Source: Bugula neritina
Taxonomy: Eukaryota; Animalia; Bryozoa
Reading direction: 5' to 3'
Assembly: GCA_964035545.1 (NCBI GenBank)
Contig: OZ037773.1
Coordinates: forward strand, 9,329,751-9,393,750
Length of the DNA: 64,000 bases
Shown here: piece by piece, positions 50,001-63,632 of the stretch
Position numbering within the stretch: position 1 is the stretch's first letter
Layout: each line of letters starts with the position of its first letter
Notes under the pieces: model-generated
The model's database searches: none
What the model saw: only the letters and a program-made list of their open reading frames with translations
What the model was told of the DNA's origin: nothing
Translations under genes and position numbers: made by a program

Positions 50001-52163
50001 ACCAGACCAAGTGAAACTTGATAAGAGACAAGGTTCAGATGTTGATGTGGCAAATGTTTTGAATGTCTTCACTCAGCTTAGTTTCATCTGTGAAGTCCAC
50101 ACTAACCTCTCCAGTGAGGTAAGCTAATTTCACACTAAACTCTCCAGTTTAAGGTGAGCTAAGTTCACACTAACCTCACAAGTAAGGTACGTTAAGAGTT
50201 ATAGCTAATGAAGTATACAAAACTTCTACCCTACAGATCGAGTGTAAGCAAAGCATCCTATATTCATAAATTATATCAAACTCAAAAAATAAATATTTCT
50301 CAAATTTTACAGCATGAGAGGTGACCTTGTAATCAGTGGTCAAACTGAGGGGTCAGCAAGGATTTGGGTACCCCACCATTTTTGCTAGACCTTGGCCACT
50401 GCTAGTATTAGTCTAGCTAATGCAATGGCTCTATTGAAAAATTTAACATACTTAACAGAATTGCTATATAATGCAAAGTTATTTCAATGATCATTCTAGT
50501 GGAAAAAAATTACAATAATTTTTAAAAATTTTGTCTGTTATAGACTCCATTTAGATCTGATCTATAAGTCAATGCTGTTATTAGCTCAAGATCATCCTTT
50601 TCATTCTAAAAGGCGAGAATATGAAATGTGTAGAAATATTTTGAATTTGTAGGGAATGCTACATGTGTTGAACCGTGAAATACAAAACACAGAACATGAG
50701 AGATTTGGAGTTAGTGCCTTTATCATAATGACTCATGGGACTGAAATCTTTCTCTACGGTACAGATAGTCGCCCAGTCAAACTGTCGGACATGTTGGATC
50801 TTATGTCTCCATACGTATTCAAAGCCATGGCTGGTAAACCTAAAATAGTTGTCATCCAGGCCTGTTCTGGTGGTGAGTTTTATCATTTAACTATAATCCA
50901 TTACTTTTTTCTGATATTGAGATGGAGTAGGCTGTTACATTTAATATCTATGTTTACTCACATCTATACATACATAAGTATACTTACGTGTTTACTTGCA
51001 TTATTCCTAATATCATCTTGTAGACAGACTTTTATTTGCATCGACACTTATTATATATATACTTGTATATACTTACATCTATACTTACATAATATATTAT
51101 ACTTACATATATACTTATATCTACATACACCTGTACTTAGTCTTGTAGACAGATCAGATCCTCTAGGCTTCTATACTGACGACTCTCCAAGCACTGGGGG
51201 AACAACTCCCAAATGGAAATCGGATCCATTTCCTGGAGATCATTTGTCTACTGATGATTTGTTCTTGTTGAAAGCCAGTTTTCTCAGTGAGTACAATCAC
51301 ATCTGATGAAGTTAACTAGTGCTGAATGCTAAACGTTAGATAATTAATAACTAACATAATATAATAATATAATCATTATATATATGATATATACATATAT
51401 GTATACAACTTATTATGTTAATAAACTTGTATAACCTTCTTGACTGACAATCTTTTAGGTAACACAGTCTGTATGTTTTATGTGTTGCAGGTTTCCGTTC
51501 AATGAGACATACTCGTCAGGGTAGTTGGATGATCAGAGCTCTGGTGTGTTCACTGTACAATCACAGCTGTGATGAGGATATTGAGACCATCTTCAAAAAG
51601 GTGCATGGATGATACGGTACTAATAAGTTTATGATAGCTACTAACAGAAAGGCAAAAATTTTGAAAGATATTCTTTATACTTTTTTATTACAGCTTTAAA
51701 GAAGTAATAAATGCAGTAATTAATATATAGACTGTTAGTTTACTTATACTTAGTATAGACTACCGCTTTTTTGCTTTTTTACTCTCACAGTGCAAACAAG
51801 CAACACTAAGATGTACATGCTTTCCAATAGCCATGGTACAAATTCAATCTCCTAACAAGTTAGATGAATGCATGACTAAATAGCGGTGATGGAAAAACTT
51901 CTACCTCTAGTTGTAGCATTAAAAATGTATGATTATAATAGCTAGATGAATGTATAAGAAGTAAGAACTATATAAGCGTACACTTTATATAAAAAAAATA
52001 AATTCGGATTTTACAGGTAAAGAATATTGTTAGAGCAAAGAGTATTGAAGCATCTAGAAGAGATTTCAATATAGGAGGGCAGCAACCAACTTTTGAGAGT
52101 TTTGCAACTAAGGGAAGACAACTTTGTTTGTTTCCTAGATTCAGTCCTGCACAAACCGAGTGA
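47067..52163 (+). CDS. A4: ankyrin-repeat caspase, ~631 aa, intact; ANK exon and first linker exon are of the kinase-gene (K2/K4) type
   Basis: Exons 47067-47892, 48220-48306, 49439-49611, 49924-50118, 50653-50872, 51149-51286, 51491-51600, 52017-52163; 1896 nt, open. THG, QACSG and SMRHTRQGSW are present. Confidence 0.8.
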
Positions 52164-53449
52164 AAGCTTTGAAAGAGATAAGCAAATCTGTTTTCATTTA
52201 AACGAAAGATATTTGCATAAACCAAACTATATTATTTTTTTTAAGAATCAAGCATTTACTGTCTTGCAGCTCATTTATGTCTTTTTATTAACAATGACAA
52301 CCTTTACTTTCCCTCTTTTTAGTATTTAAGGATTTTCTATTTTATTTCTACCTTCATCTTGTTTGCTTATATGTAAAGGTCGATTTGTGTCTTCAGTTTT
52401 GACAATTAATTTATTACTGTGCATGCTGAAGATGACAGCAACAGTCTTAGCTGTGTGTGCTTTAAATATCATATTAAATGCATATAATATACTGTATAAA
52501 AAGATATGTAGCTCATTCCCTTTTGTCTATGCACATGTAAGCCTTTGAAGCTTTCAAAAAATTTTTGAGAAGGAATAAATATAATTTAAGTTTGTTTTCT
52601 ATACTTAAATCTGCAATATTATTAAATACTATTAAAATCAAGTTTCATATGGGAAAATAGTATCAATGAACTCGTGAGCTTTGAATGACGTGTGAATAAC
52701 TTTAAAAACAGCATCGGTCATTGTAGCTATATAGTTATCTCCCCTAACTATATAGAGCAAATGGCTAGGAATAGTTGTGATCTATAAATTAGAACGATAT
52801 CTCTATGACAATAACATACATTATGTGATTATAGTGTTATTTTGAAAGACAAAAAAGGCTGTTCCAAAATGTTATAGTCAAGTGCTATAATATATAGTTA
52901 CAAAGTAGCAATACATACTGTGTAACATTTAGAAGCTGAGAAAAGCTATTGAATATCCCATAGAATATTAATAAAGAAATGGTTTTAGAGCTGCTATTCA
53001 TGGCAGCTGGAGAGAGAAGTTGCAGTAAAGACTACTAATACAGGCATCAAAGCCAGCAGGCAAACAGAGATCATTAATTTACATAATAAAATGATAATAA
53101 TTTATCAATTACAATATAAGTGATAAATTACTAGATTATACCCCAGCAAGATAAACTAGATAGAACATTCTACACCTGTTTATTGGCTCTTATAGCCAGT
53201 GTCAAAGTCATCATTAAACCATTGTTATCTAGTGTAAACTACACTCCCCTTTTAATCTTTCTTCGAAACTATGATTGTTACGCATCAGTTTGCAAATAAA
53301 TAAATGTAATGGGTTTTTCCAGTGATAGTCTTTCTAGCTACTCACACTGTTCTAAATGTTATATAAATTACTAATACTAGCTTATCATCAGTTGATTAAG
53401 TACAAGCCTGAGATTGAGGTATAGCATCTAAACGGTAATCACATTACAC

Positions 53450-56400
53450 ATGACAAACATGTCAGGTGCAAGACTCCGTAAGTTGGTTCAAGAAGAAAAT
53501 GTGGCAGGGTTTATTCGAGACTTTACATCACTATCTTTGGATACCAAGTTAGCAGTTTTACAAGAACAGGACTTTTGTGGAAAAACGATAATGGGGCTAG
53601 CTGCAGAGCTGTCTTTGCCAGAAGTAGTTGAACAGATAGTAGACAGCATACCCCCGGACGAACTTTGTGACATAGTTGCAATAAAAGACAAGCATGGAGA
53701 CACTCCTCTACACATTGCTGCATACTTTGGAGAAGAGAAAATAGTGAAATACGTACTCAATTCCAAACTAACCACTGCTCAACTGCGCCACATCTTAAAT
53801 ATAAGAAATAACAACAGCACCTCAGTTCACCAACGTGCAGTTAGAGAAGGACATCTTAGAATGGCTGACACAATTTTTGACCGACTACAGCCGATTGAAA
53901 GAGAAGAAGATAAAGATTCATTGCTTCGAGAAGCTGTTGAGTCAAGTCAAACGAGCAGAGTTGAAGCCTTTATGAATTCCATGTCTAAAGTTGAATTGTA
54001 TAGTCAGCTAGCCGCTCAAGATAAAGCTGGTAACACAGCTGTTCACATTGCCGCTCACTATGGATACAAAGAGATGATAGAACTGATGATACAAAGATTA
54101 GAACAACCTGATTTATACAAATTGCTAACAATACAAAACAACAAAGGATTTACTATCTTACTTGTAGCAGTGTGGAACAAAAACATTAAAACAGTAACAC
54201 TAATTTTGGACAGCTTACCTCCAGCTGCTATGAGCGAAATACTTCAGATTCAAAACAAGCATGGTGCTACTGCATTTTCAATCGTTGTACAGAATGGAGT
54301 GATGGAAATTTTAGCGCTTATGGTAAGAAAACTCTCCAATGCTGATCTTCATAGGCTAATTGTGCTAGCAGACAATGATGGTGATACAGCTATGCACTGC
54401 GCTGCTTTTGGGAACCAGGCATACGCTGCTGTTTTCCTCTTAACCAGACTAACAGGTGAAGAAGCCATGGATGTATTACAAGTAACAAACAACAATGGTT
54501 TTACTCCCATAGAATATGCTAATAGCGATGCAAACATAGATTTTGTTTCATCTATAATAACTGTTCAGAAACAAAAAGAGGCTAACCTAAAAGGTGAGAG
54601 CAAACAAATGCGTGTCCTTATGCAGAATTGATTGGTAAATTAATTTGAAAAAAAATATTTTTTTTTAGCACAAAAATATCTTCAACCTTAGTTATTAGTA
54701 TCCTTATTGTGTCAAAAAATATTTGGCTATCCATTAACATGAGTTGTGGCTATTTGCCACTTGCTAGTTGCTACTTATTAATTGCTAGTTGCTAGTCAGT
54801 TGCTAATTACTAATAACTAGTAGCCACAGTCACTAGTTATTATAAAGTTATTTTAAAGTTACCAGTTTTAGTTACTATATAGTTATGCAATTAGTTGTTA
54901 TTTATTAGTTGATTAATATAGTTTATTCAGTGATAATGATTGCATTTGCAATTGTATGATGTAAAAAGTTAATAGAATTTAATTATATATATGCTATTAA
55001 CCTGAGATATATCTTATGTTACTATAGAACCAGCTGTACCAGCTAAAAGTATTGCACAAACAGCTGAAAACACAGAACTGGAAAATAGCGACACATCAAG
55101 CTGTGAATATTACGAAGACCCTGATAGTGCAAAAGGTTAGTTTCATGAAGAAATGATAAGCAATGACTCACCTAACTAAAAAGTATAAAAAATACATTAT
55201 ATGTTTTATTGAAAATAAAGTTTGGTGTAATACATTAGTGAGGTGAATTGATCTCAGAACTTAAACAAGCCTGTTGCTAAGTGAAGTCATGACAGTCAAC
55301 ACACTATTCACTAATTGTTTTATATCTTTTCTCTATACAACTATAGAAACATATTTCTCCAGCGTGTGATGCATATATATGTTAAACAGGATGTATTACA
55401 GGTGTCCTACATGCAGGTGTCCTGCAGGTGTCGGTTAACAGCACCAGCTAACCATGAGTAATAATAATAATTAGTTTTTGTTGCATGTATGATGATGCTA
55501 TATGAACAGTGAGATTCAAAAGTTTACCTATAGCATGCTTTTATGCTTATAGTCTCACTATTCAGAGGCTAAAATAGCTGTCGTCAATTTAAACTGTGGG
55601 AGAATTTTAAGTGTGGGAAAATGTATAGCCAGTTAAGAAAATCAGCAACTGTAAACTTTTCGAATTTTGTTCCTGCTTTCAGCAAAATCAAAGCTTGAAG
55701 AGTTTCCTCAAACTATAAGCTCTGTCAGCAGTGGGATTTCTAGCAATGCTGAAGCTTCTTTAGTAGAACGTAAGTTCTAAACTTCATAAACCCAGATCAA
55801 CTATTTAATTAATTTATATATCATCATCTTTAAACACTGAAACTAATTCATTTTATTATGTACTAATGTGTTTTAAAATGAAGACAACTAAATGACATAT
55901 AGGTGAAATCATATAATTATCAACAGTAAGTTACAGATGCTTACATATTGCATAATAAGATCTGTGATGGTTATTTGTATATACAATGCTGAGCTTTCTT
56001 TAGTTCTTCAAGAGTTAAGTCTAGGAAAGAAGTTGGGTAGTGGCGGACAGGCGACTGTGTATGAAGGCACTTGGTTGGGTACTCCGGTGGCTATCAAGAT
56101 GTTAGAACATTCTGTTGAAGCAGACTTGTCAAAGATAGCTGAGGGATACTTTGATGAATACAATGCCATAAAGTAAGAAATAAACTATAATAAAGATTGT
56201 TACAAAACATTTTATTCAGGGAAAACATTTCTTTGGTTAGCAGTAAATAATAAGTAAATGGCTCTTTACTGATATGTACCCCACCTGATCATTATATATA
56301 ACATAAATTATGGAAATGCATTAGCTATGGTTCTCAAACTAGTTTGTTGTTTCAATGTCTAACTTTTACTGTAGGTCTCTGCGACACCCAAATATTGTGC

Positions 56401-59400
56401 AGTTTTTTGGTGTTGGGCAGCTGCCAGAAGGAATTGGTCTGGTGATGGAGCTTTGTGACTCGGATCTAAAAGCCATGTGTGTGAAAATAAAAGCTGCTTC
56501 TCATTTGAAAGTTAGTGAATCTTTAGCAGTTATATAATAATATTTAAGCTGATTCAGGCAATGGGCAAAACTTTTACAAATCAAACTACTTACTCTGCAC
56601 TTTCATTAACTTTTGCAGTTTCTTCTTTTACTTTTTCTATAACCCTAAATTGTATGTTATAATAAACACTAACAACTACTACGATGCAGGCATTGTAGAA
56701 AGTAAAATCAGTGGTTTAAAGCCCGTTTTTAGCAATAGCAATCACAAGTACTACAGTAGAATGAAAAAATTAAAAATTCTTGCAAAGAATAGTGTACGCT
56801 TTTCATTTCACAGGTTATCTATAGTTAATATCAAAACATGTGATTTATGCAAACACAGACAGGGATAATGTTTACACAAAATTTAAGATTAGAGATACTC
56901 CAGCACTTGCATTAAGCAAGCAGGCTAGACATTTGTTAGCAATGGTGATCCTAAACGTATGACAGATATATGTGTCAGTATTATCCTTAATGAACACTTT
57001 GAGTGGTTAGAGTATTAAATATTTATAAGTATGCTCATTAAAGACCGGTGTTGTATTGCAGTAAAGGGAAACAACTCCAAAGTTACGTTTTGCCAGTTCT
57101 AACTTCTAAGGGAAAACTCGAAAAGTTGCAATTAAGCATAAATTGATAAAATTCCTGTTTATAGCACATTTTTTAATGTATGCTAGAGGAATCTAATACC
57201 TTATTGGTGCATGTTCACAATCAAACACAAAATTAGCAACCCATCAGCAAAGAAGTTATAGCCGCATGCATGTGAGCTAGTGACCGGTGCTATCTTGGAA
57301 AGGGCATCAAGTTATAATTGCTCTTACACTCCTTAGAAACCCCTCGAATCAGATGCTGCCAGCTTTGTGAGAAGGTGCTGCTGTAGAAACTTGTTTCAAT
57401 TAGTTGGTAGAAGTTGCATAATTTATAAGGAAACAATCTTAATTTCTGCTGGTAATTTTAACTGACCTTTTTAATCTAGCAGGTCAACTTGTTTTAAAGT
57501 AATACAGTCTGTAATCACGGGCTTTCCATGTACCGATCTCAGATCGATCTCGCTGAGATCGATCTGAGAACTGTGCTCAGATCGACTGCTTTTCCATGAA
57601 AGTGTCAGATCGATCTTGCGAAGTTGCCTCCTCTTAAGTGAAGAGTACTTTAAAAGTATAATTTGTTCACCTATTTGAGTGATTAAAACTACTACTGTTG
57701 AAAACAAGATGGTCGTAGTCTAAAATTTATTTCCAGTTATAAACTTTACGCAGCAAAGCTTTCAGTGTATGGTAATTTGGCCAATTTAAAATAATTAATT
57801 TTAATTTTTTAGCTTGACAGCTTATATAAAATTAATGGCTGTCTTGCAGATTATTAATAAACTTACAGGACTGTTAGGCTTGAAATTATAAAGAAAATAG
57901 CTAATGAAACTAAGTTTTAATAGTGATTTAAATTCAATTTAAATTCTCCCATTTTTTACCTTCTACTGCATTATAATTGAGTTTTCTTAATCATTGTACT
58001 GAAAATCAAAGTTTTAGCATCTGAAAAGGTGGCTATCATAATTATTTAATACTTTGCCTTAGTAATTATCAATAAGTTATCATTTTTATTAGCAGACAAC
58101 ATTGTAGCGCGCAGTCTTTTTCTACTTCTCAGATCGATCTGGCGTCTTTCCATGGTCTTATTGACATGAGATCGATCTGAGTTCGAGCTCTACAGACCGA
58201 CCAGCTCAGATCGACAGAGATCGATTTTTGACGTCTTTCTATGGATCGATCTCGCTGAGATCGATCTGAGATCGGTACATGGAAAGCCGGTGAATGAATA
58301 TTGGTTAAATATTGGTTCACATTACTATTGTTTATATATATATAATTATATATATATACATTATAGGAAGAGGTGCTAAAGATAATAAAAGACTCTCTGA
58401 GTGGGTTGGTGTACCTCCACAGCAGGAACATGCTCCACATGGACATCAAACCACACAACATATTGGTGAGTAACCTTTCCTCTCAAATCTGGTTCCAGCA
58501 TTAACTAATTCAATCACTGAAGAATATCATTTTTATAAATCTTCATTGCTATCATTAGCAAAGTGGCATTTACAATATTTCTGATACTTATATTTACAAT
58601 TGCTCATAAAAACCTTTATAAATATTGTATTTGTATTGATCAATACATATAGTTCTTTACGCTTATTCATAACTTCTTTTAACTATTTAAAGCTCCTTTT
58701 TATAGATTCAATCTGGCAAAGGGAAATTGGCAGACTTTGGCTTAACTGACTTTGTTGGAAATTTCAATGACATGACAGTCACTTACCAAACATGGCAAGG
58801 TCAGTCTCAATGGTTTCTTGGTTTACATGAAGGCACATTTTTATTTCTTTTAATATCCTAGGAACAACAACTCATTGTCCAGGTCCTTTGCAGATGAAAC
58901 CACATTCACTATAAAAAATTGTCTGCATATGTATATTATCTATAAAATATTACATCATTTGTCTCTAACTTCATGCTTCAAGAGTTCCATTTAAGCTTTT
59001 TGAGAAAACTGCACAGCATTGGTGTTGTTGTGGAAAGCTGCTTCCAAAATCTGCCTCATATAAAACTTATTTTAATTGTAAAATGCATGTCATGGTTACA
59101 GTTACTTTACCTGTAGACATCTAAGTTAATTGATTAATTAGGTTAAATTCTAAGATGTACATTGGGGGGTATTTTATAGCCTGCTATAGTTATTCTACAT
59201 TGACCAAACAGTGTGAATCTTAATGAGGCAGAATACTGTCCTTTTGAGGGCTATTTAATGGTCACAGCCAATCAGTGTGAGAGTTGATTGATGCTACACA
59301 TAATCTATGTGATTGTGACAGTGTTAAAGTTGACAGTAGTGTGACAGTTGATGCGGGTAGTGACAGCTAGTGTGACAAATTAATAGTTGATGAGTAGTAA

Positions 59401-60615
59401 CAGCTAGTGTAACAGTTGATGTGTATAGTGACAGCTAGTGTGACAGTTGATGTGTATAGTGACAGCTAGTGTGACAGTTGATGTATATAGTGACAGCTAG
59501 TGTGACAGTTGATGTGTATAGTGACAGCTAGTGTGACAGTTGATGTGTATAGTGACAGCTAGTGTGACAGTTGATTGGTAGTGACAGTTAGTGTGACAGT
59601 TGATGGGTAGTGACAGCTAGTGTGACAGTTGGATGGGTAGTGACAGCTGGTGTGTCAGTTAGTATGATAGTTGATGGGTAGTGACAGCTAGTGTGACAGC
59701 TAGTGAGACAGCTAGTGTGACACATAATGGGTAGTGACAGCTAGTGTGACAGTTGATGTGTATATAGTGACAGCTACAGTGTGACAGTTGATGTATATAG
59801 TGACAGCTATAGTGTGACACATAATGGGTAGTGACGGCTATATAGTGTGACAGCTAGTGAGACAGCTAGTGAGACAGCTAGTGTGACAGTTGAATGGGTA
59901 GTGACAGTTAGTGTGACACATAGTGAGTAGTGACAGTTAGTGTGACACATAGTGAGTAGTGACAGTTAGTGTGACACATAGTGAGTAGTGACATGTGTTG
60001 ATTTTGCAGGAACTCCAAGATATAGAGCCCCGGAGCTGCTACACAGAAAAGCACCTTCAAAAGCAGCAGACATGTGGTCTATGGGTGTGACAGCACTGGA
60101 GGCTTTAACTGGTAGGTTTACATGATGCATTATGTAACCCTTAAACCTTCATAACCTGCAGGTTTGCTAATTGCACTAGCTGTATCAAGTTTGTCATATC
60201 TTATAAGTTGAATATCAGCTAAAAATTTCAAGAACTTTAACATTATGTTATTTGTAGCCCTCTTCGTAGAATATCTTTATTAGCAAATCAATGCAGAACT
60301 GCATATATAATTTTACATGTATCCAATAAAATTTAGCTCCACTATAAAATTATTTGCGTAAGCAAAAACTGTGTCTTAAATTTTTTCTAATTTACTCACA
60401 TCTTAAACCTTGTAGGAAGCTCATTTTACGAAAACATGGTGAGACATAGAAGATCATTTGTGCCGAAGGATATTTTGGAAACGAGACTACCCTCAGCCTT
60501 GCAGAGCTTGTCTCACTATAATCAAGAAATATTTAAATTGGTGCTGAATTTTGATCCAGAAAAACGATCATCGGCTTTAGAATGGCTAAAGTGTCTGAAC
60601 AGCTACGAGTTGTAA
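53450..60615 (+). CDS. K3: ankyrin-repeat non-RD kinase, ~712 aa, intact; recent paralog of K1
   Basis: Exons 53450-54593, 55028-55135, 55683-55769, 56004-56172, 56375-56510, 58367-58465, 58706-58799, 60010-60111, 60416-60615. Every exon length equals K1, and all kinase motifs are intact. Confidence 0.9.
57516..58292. mobile_element. MITE copy 2 (same family as 1632-2393) in K3 intron 5
   Basis: Same TIRs and AAT TSD. The K1 site at ~34909-34930 (aatacagtctgtaatgaatatt) is empty. Confidence 0.88.
59315..59995. repeat. GTGACA-based minisatellite in K3 intron 7 (expanded relative to K1)
   Basis: ~680 bp here versus ~355 bp in K1. Confidence 0.85.
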
Positions 60616-62818
60616 AGAATGGATAAACTTGAATGCATGTTTTTGGTTTTCAAACTATTTTATGCATTGTGCTTTTAAATTTTTTAGCTTTCAATTAAAA
60701 AATTCAAGAAATACTGATGAAATATTATGAAAAAAAGTTGCAATGGTATAAAGTTTACAAGATAGTTGCAAAAATATTTTCTAATAGTGAGGAAATTCAA
60801 AAAACAAAAGCAAATTGATTAAATAATATTTAAATGAAAAATGAGATACAACACCTTATGGTTGCTTTTGTTTTTTAAATTTATCAACTGGTTTTCTTTA
60901 TTCAGTTGCTGTTGCTTACGCTCCAAAACTTCTTTTTCCTGTCAAACATAATAGTTAAAAGAAGTAAAATATTTTAGTAAGGAAAATTTAGCCAAGTGAC
61001 TTTGAGTTTTTTGAAATGAATTTATCAAGTAGATGTTTAGAATAAATAACTATCATGTTGCAGTTAGTTTGATTCTTTGAAATCTGAATTATTTAATAAA
61101 TGATATATTTTTAATCACACCCAGTGACTTTATGGCATTCAAAAAACAAACTATAGAAAAGTTACTATAGATAAGCCTATATAATATATAATTATAATCT
61201 GAAATTTGACATATAAGTGAATTTAATTCAACACTCTATATATTACTAAATTTCTATCTAAATAAAAGACTTATATTTACTTTTATTTTGATCAATTATA
61301 CAGCCCAAAAGTAATCTGGATTAATAAACAGAAAATAATTTTTACACGTAGACTTTGCTTATTTTAAAATCATAACTAATAATTATATTGTTCTAAATTA
61401 GGCATTTCATAAAAGCAATATGTACTTACGTTCTATTAAAAATAAAATTGATTTGAATTTCTATTATAAATCTGACTGAGATTATTGCTGACATTATGCA
61501 AACAGCAGTTGGCAAAGGGCCAGAATATTGGTTCGGTATAGTATCATGGATTCAAAGCAATAATATAGTTATAAATGTAGAAGTGTAGATGTTTTGCATG
61601 CAGACATTATTACACTTTATGTGCAAAATACAGCTAAAAGTGATATCTCACGCATGTATATATAGGCTGAAAGCTCAGCATTTAGCTTCCTTATACTTAG
61701 CAGCCCTATGTTATATTAAAGCATACAGTATGCTGTGCTATAGACATCTATATATTAGGTTATGGCAAAATATTACTTTGCTAGCTAAGAGTAATTATTG
61801 CTAATCTTTCTTTTAATTTTTTAAAAAGACAAGCCAACAAAAAACCAAATGATAATTTTCTTTGGTTTAAAAATAATGGACACTGCAAAGATAGGTACGT
61901 TATGCTGTATAATATAATACTTATTATTCAACGTTGCATGTTTCATCCAAATTTATACAAGTTTATACCAGCTCAAGCATGCTATCTTAAGTCAACTCGC
62001 AATTTTATACGTACATCAAGTTATCATTCTTATTCTTCCAGCTCAATCTCAACTCACAGTGTTTTATAAGTGTTGAACAATTAAATTGTTCAAACATAAC
62101 ATTTATATCATCTTATACTAGCTGTAATATTTAAAGCCTATGTCAACTATATATGGTGGTAAAATTTTGCTGTACCTCTTCTCTTACCTCTTCTTCTTTA
62201 GAAAGCACTAGAGCATGTAGCAAGTGGTGCTCCTCAATAGGTTGCAGTCTTTGGTTAGCTCGTACATGCATGTCAACTAGTTGTCAAATGACTAATGTGC
62301 ACATCATTACGTATAAATGTACATCACTTTTACCGTATAGAAAGTTTAGATTTAAGTTCTCGTACTGTCTTTGGTAAAAAGCTATTGTTATAATTGTAAC
62401 ATAGTCCTATCCTTTAGTGTACAGCAATGTATATCTATAAAACATCATGTTCTATATAGCACAGTCCTATAAATACCTGGTTAATTTAGCTTTGCATACC
62501 TATTAACCTCTGGTGTAGCACTTACCCTACTTTTGTTTGTATAAATCGCTGTGACTTATGACGTGTTAACTATGAGCTTAAACATTTTATAAGGATTGAG
62601 GCTAGTTTTGTCATATTCCAAAGGTCATTATCACTTTCCTCACCTTGAAGCAATGCTACTAAGATGAATTAGGTAAAGGCAATTGAACTATATCAGCCAA
62701 TCACATGCAGTTATTTGTTTACACTATATGTTATATATTATATGCGAGGTACTATACTAGGTCATTTAACAACTATATGCTGAGTATATAACTGTGTCTT
62801 ATAACTAATGTAGTGAAT

Positions 62819-63632
62819 ATGTCCACAAGTAAAAATTTTGATAGACTGTTGGAGTTGATAAAGGAAAAAAATAAAATTAGATTTAGGCAAAAGCTAAGTT
62901 CTCTAAGTGTTTCACAACGATTGGATGTTCTTAAAGAACAGGATGATCAACAGGTGACGTTACTTGAATGTGCAGCAGGATGGGGTCTTACTGAGATAGC
63001 AAAAGTTGTCATAGCTTTAGTACCAGCAAGTGAGCATTATAACATTCTAGCTATACAAGACATTAATGACGACACACCTCTCCATGTGGCAGCTTACTTT
63101 GGGCGGACAGGCATAGTGGAGCTTATAGCAAGTCTTCTGCTTACAGCTGATCTGTATCGTCTTCTGAGAATAAAAAACAAGGATGGGAATACTCCGATAC
63201 AATGTGGATTGAAGAACAGAAGAATTGAGACCGTGAAATTCAGTTTAAGGTGCTTTCCTGCAGCTGACATGTGTGAAGTGATTTCAATTCCAGACAATAA
63301 AGGAAACACTGTTTTGTCTTGGGCTGCACAGTATGGACTTATGGATGTGTTAGTACTGTGTGTAGATATTATTCCACCAGAAGAGTTGTATTCACAAGTT
63401 CTGGTAGCAGATAATGATGGTGACACAGTCATACATTGTGCTGCTTACGGGAACCAATCAGAAGCTGCTGTATACCTGCTTGACAAGTTGAAAAAAAGCC
63501 AGGTTGAAGAAATTTTAGAAATACAAAACAAAGAAAGTCACACTTTGATTAAATATGCAAACATTAAAGCTAACCATGAGTTTGTGACTCTAATTGAAAC
63601 TTATTTGAAAGATAGAGAAATTTTTCCAAAAG
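62819..63632 (+). CDS. K4: first (ANK) exon of the full-length paralog of K2; gene continues past the window
   Basis: ATG at 62819, open to AAAG/GTAAG at 63632. The C-terminal half and the following intron match K2 (38075-38850), so a kinase effector is expected downstream. Confidence 0.8.
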
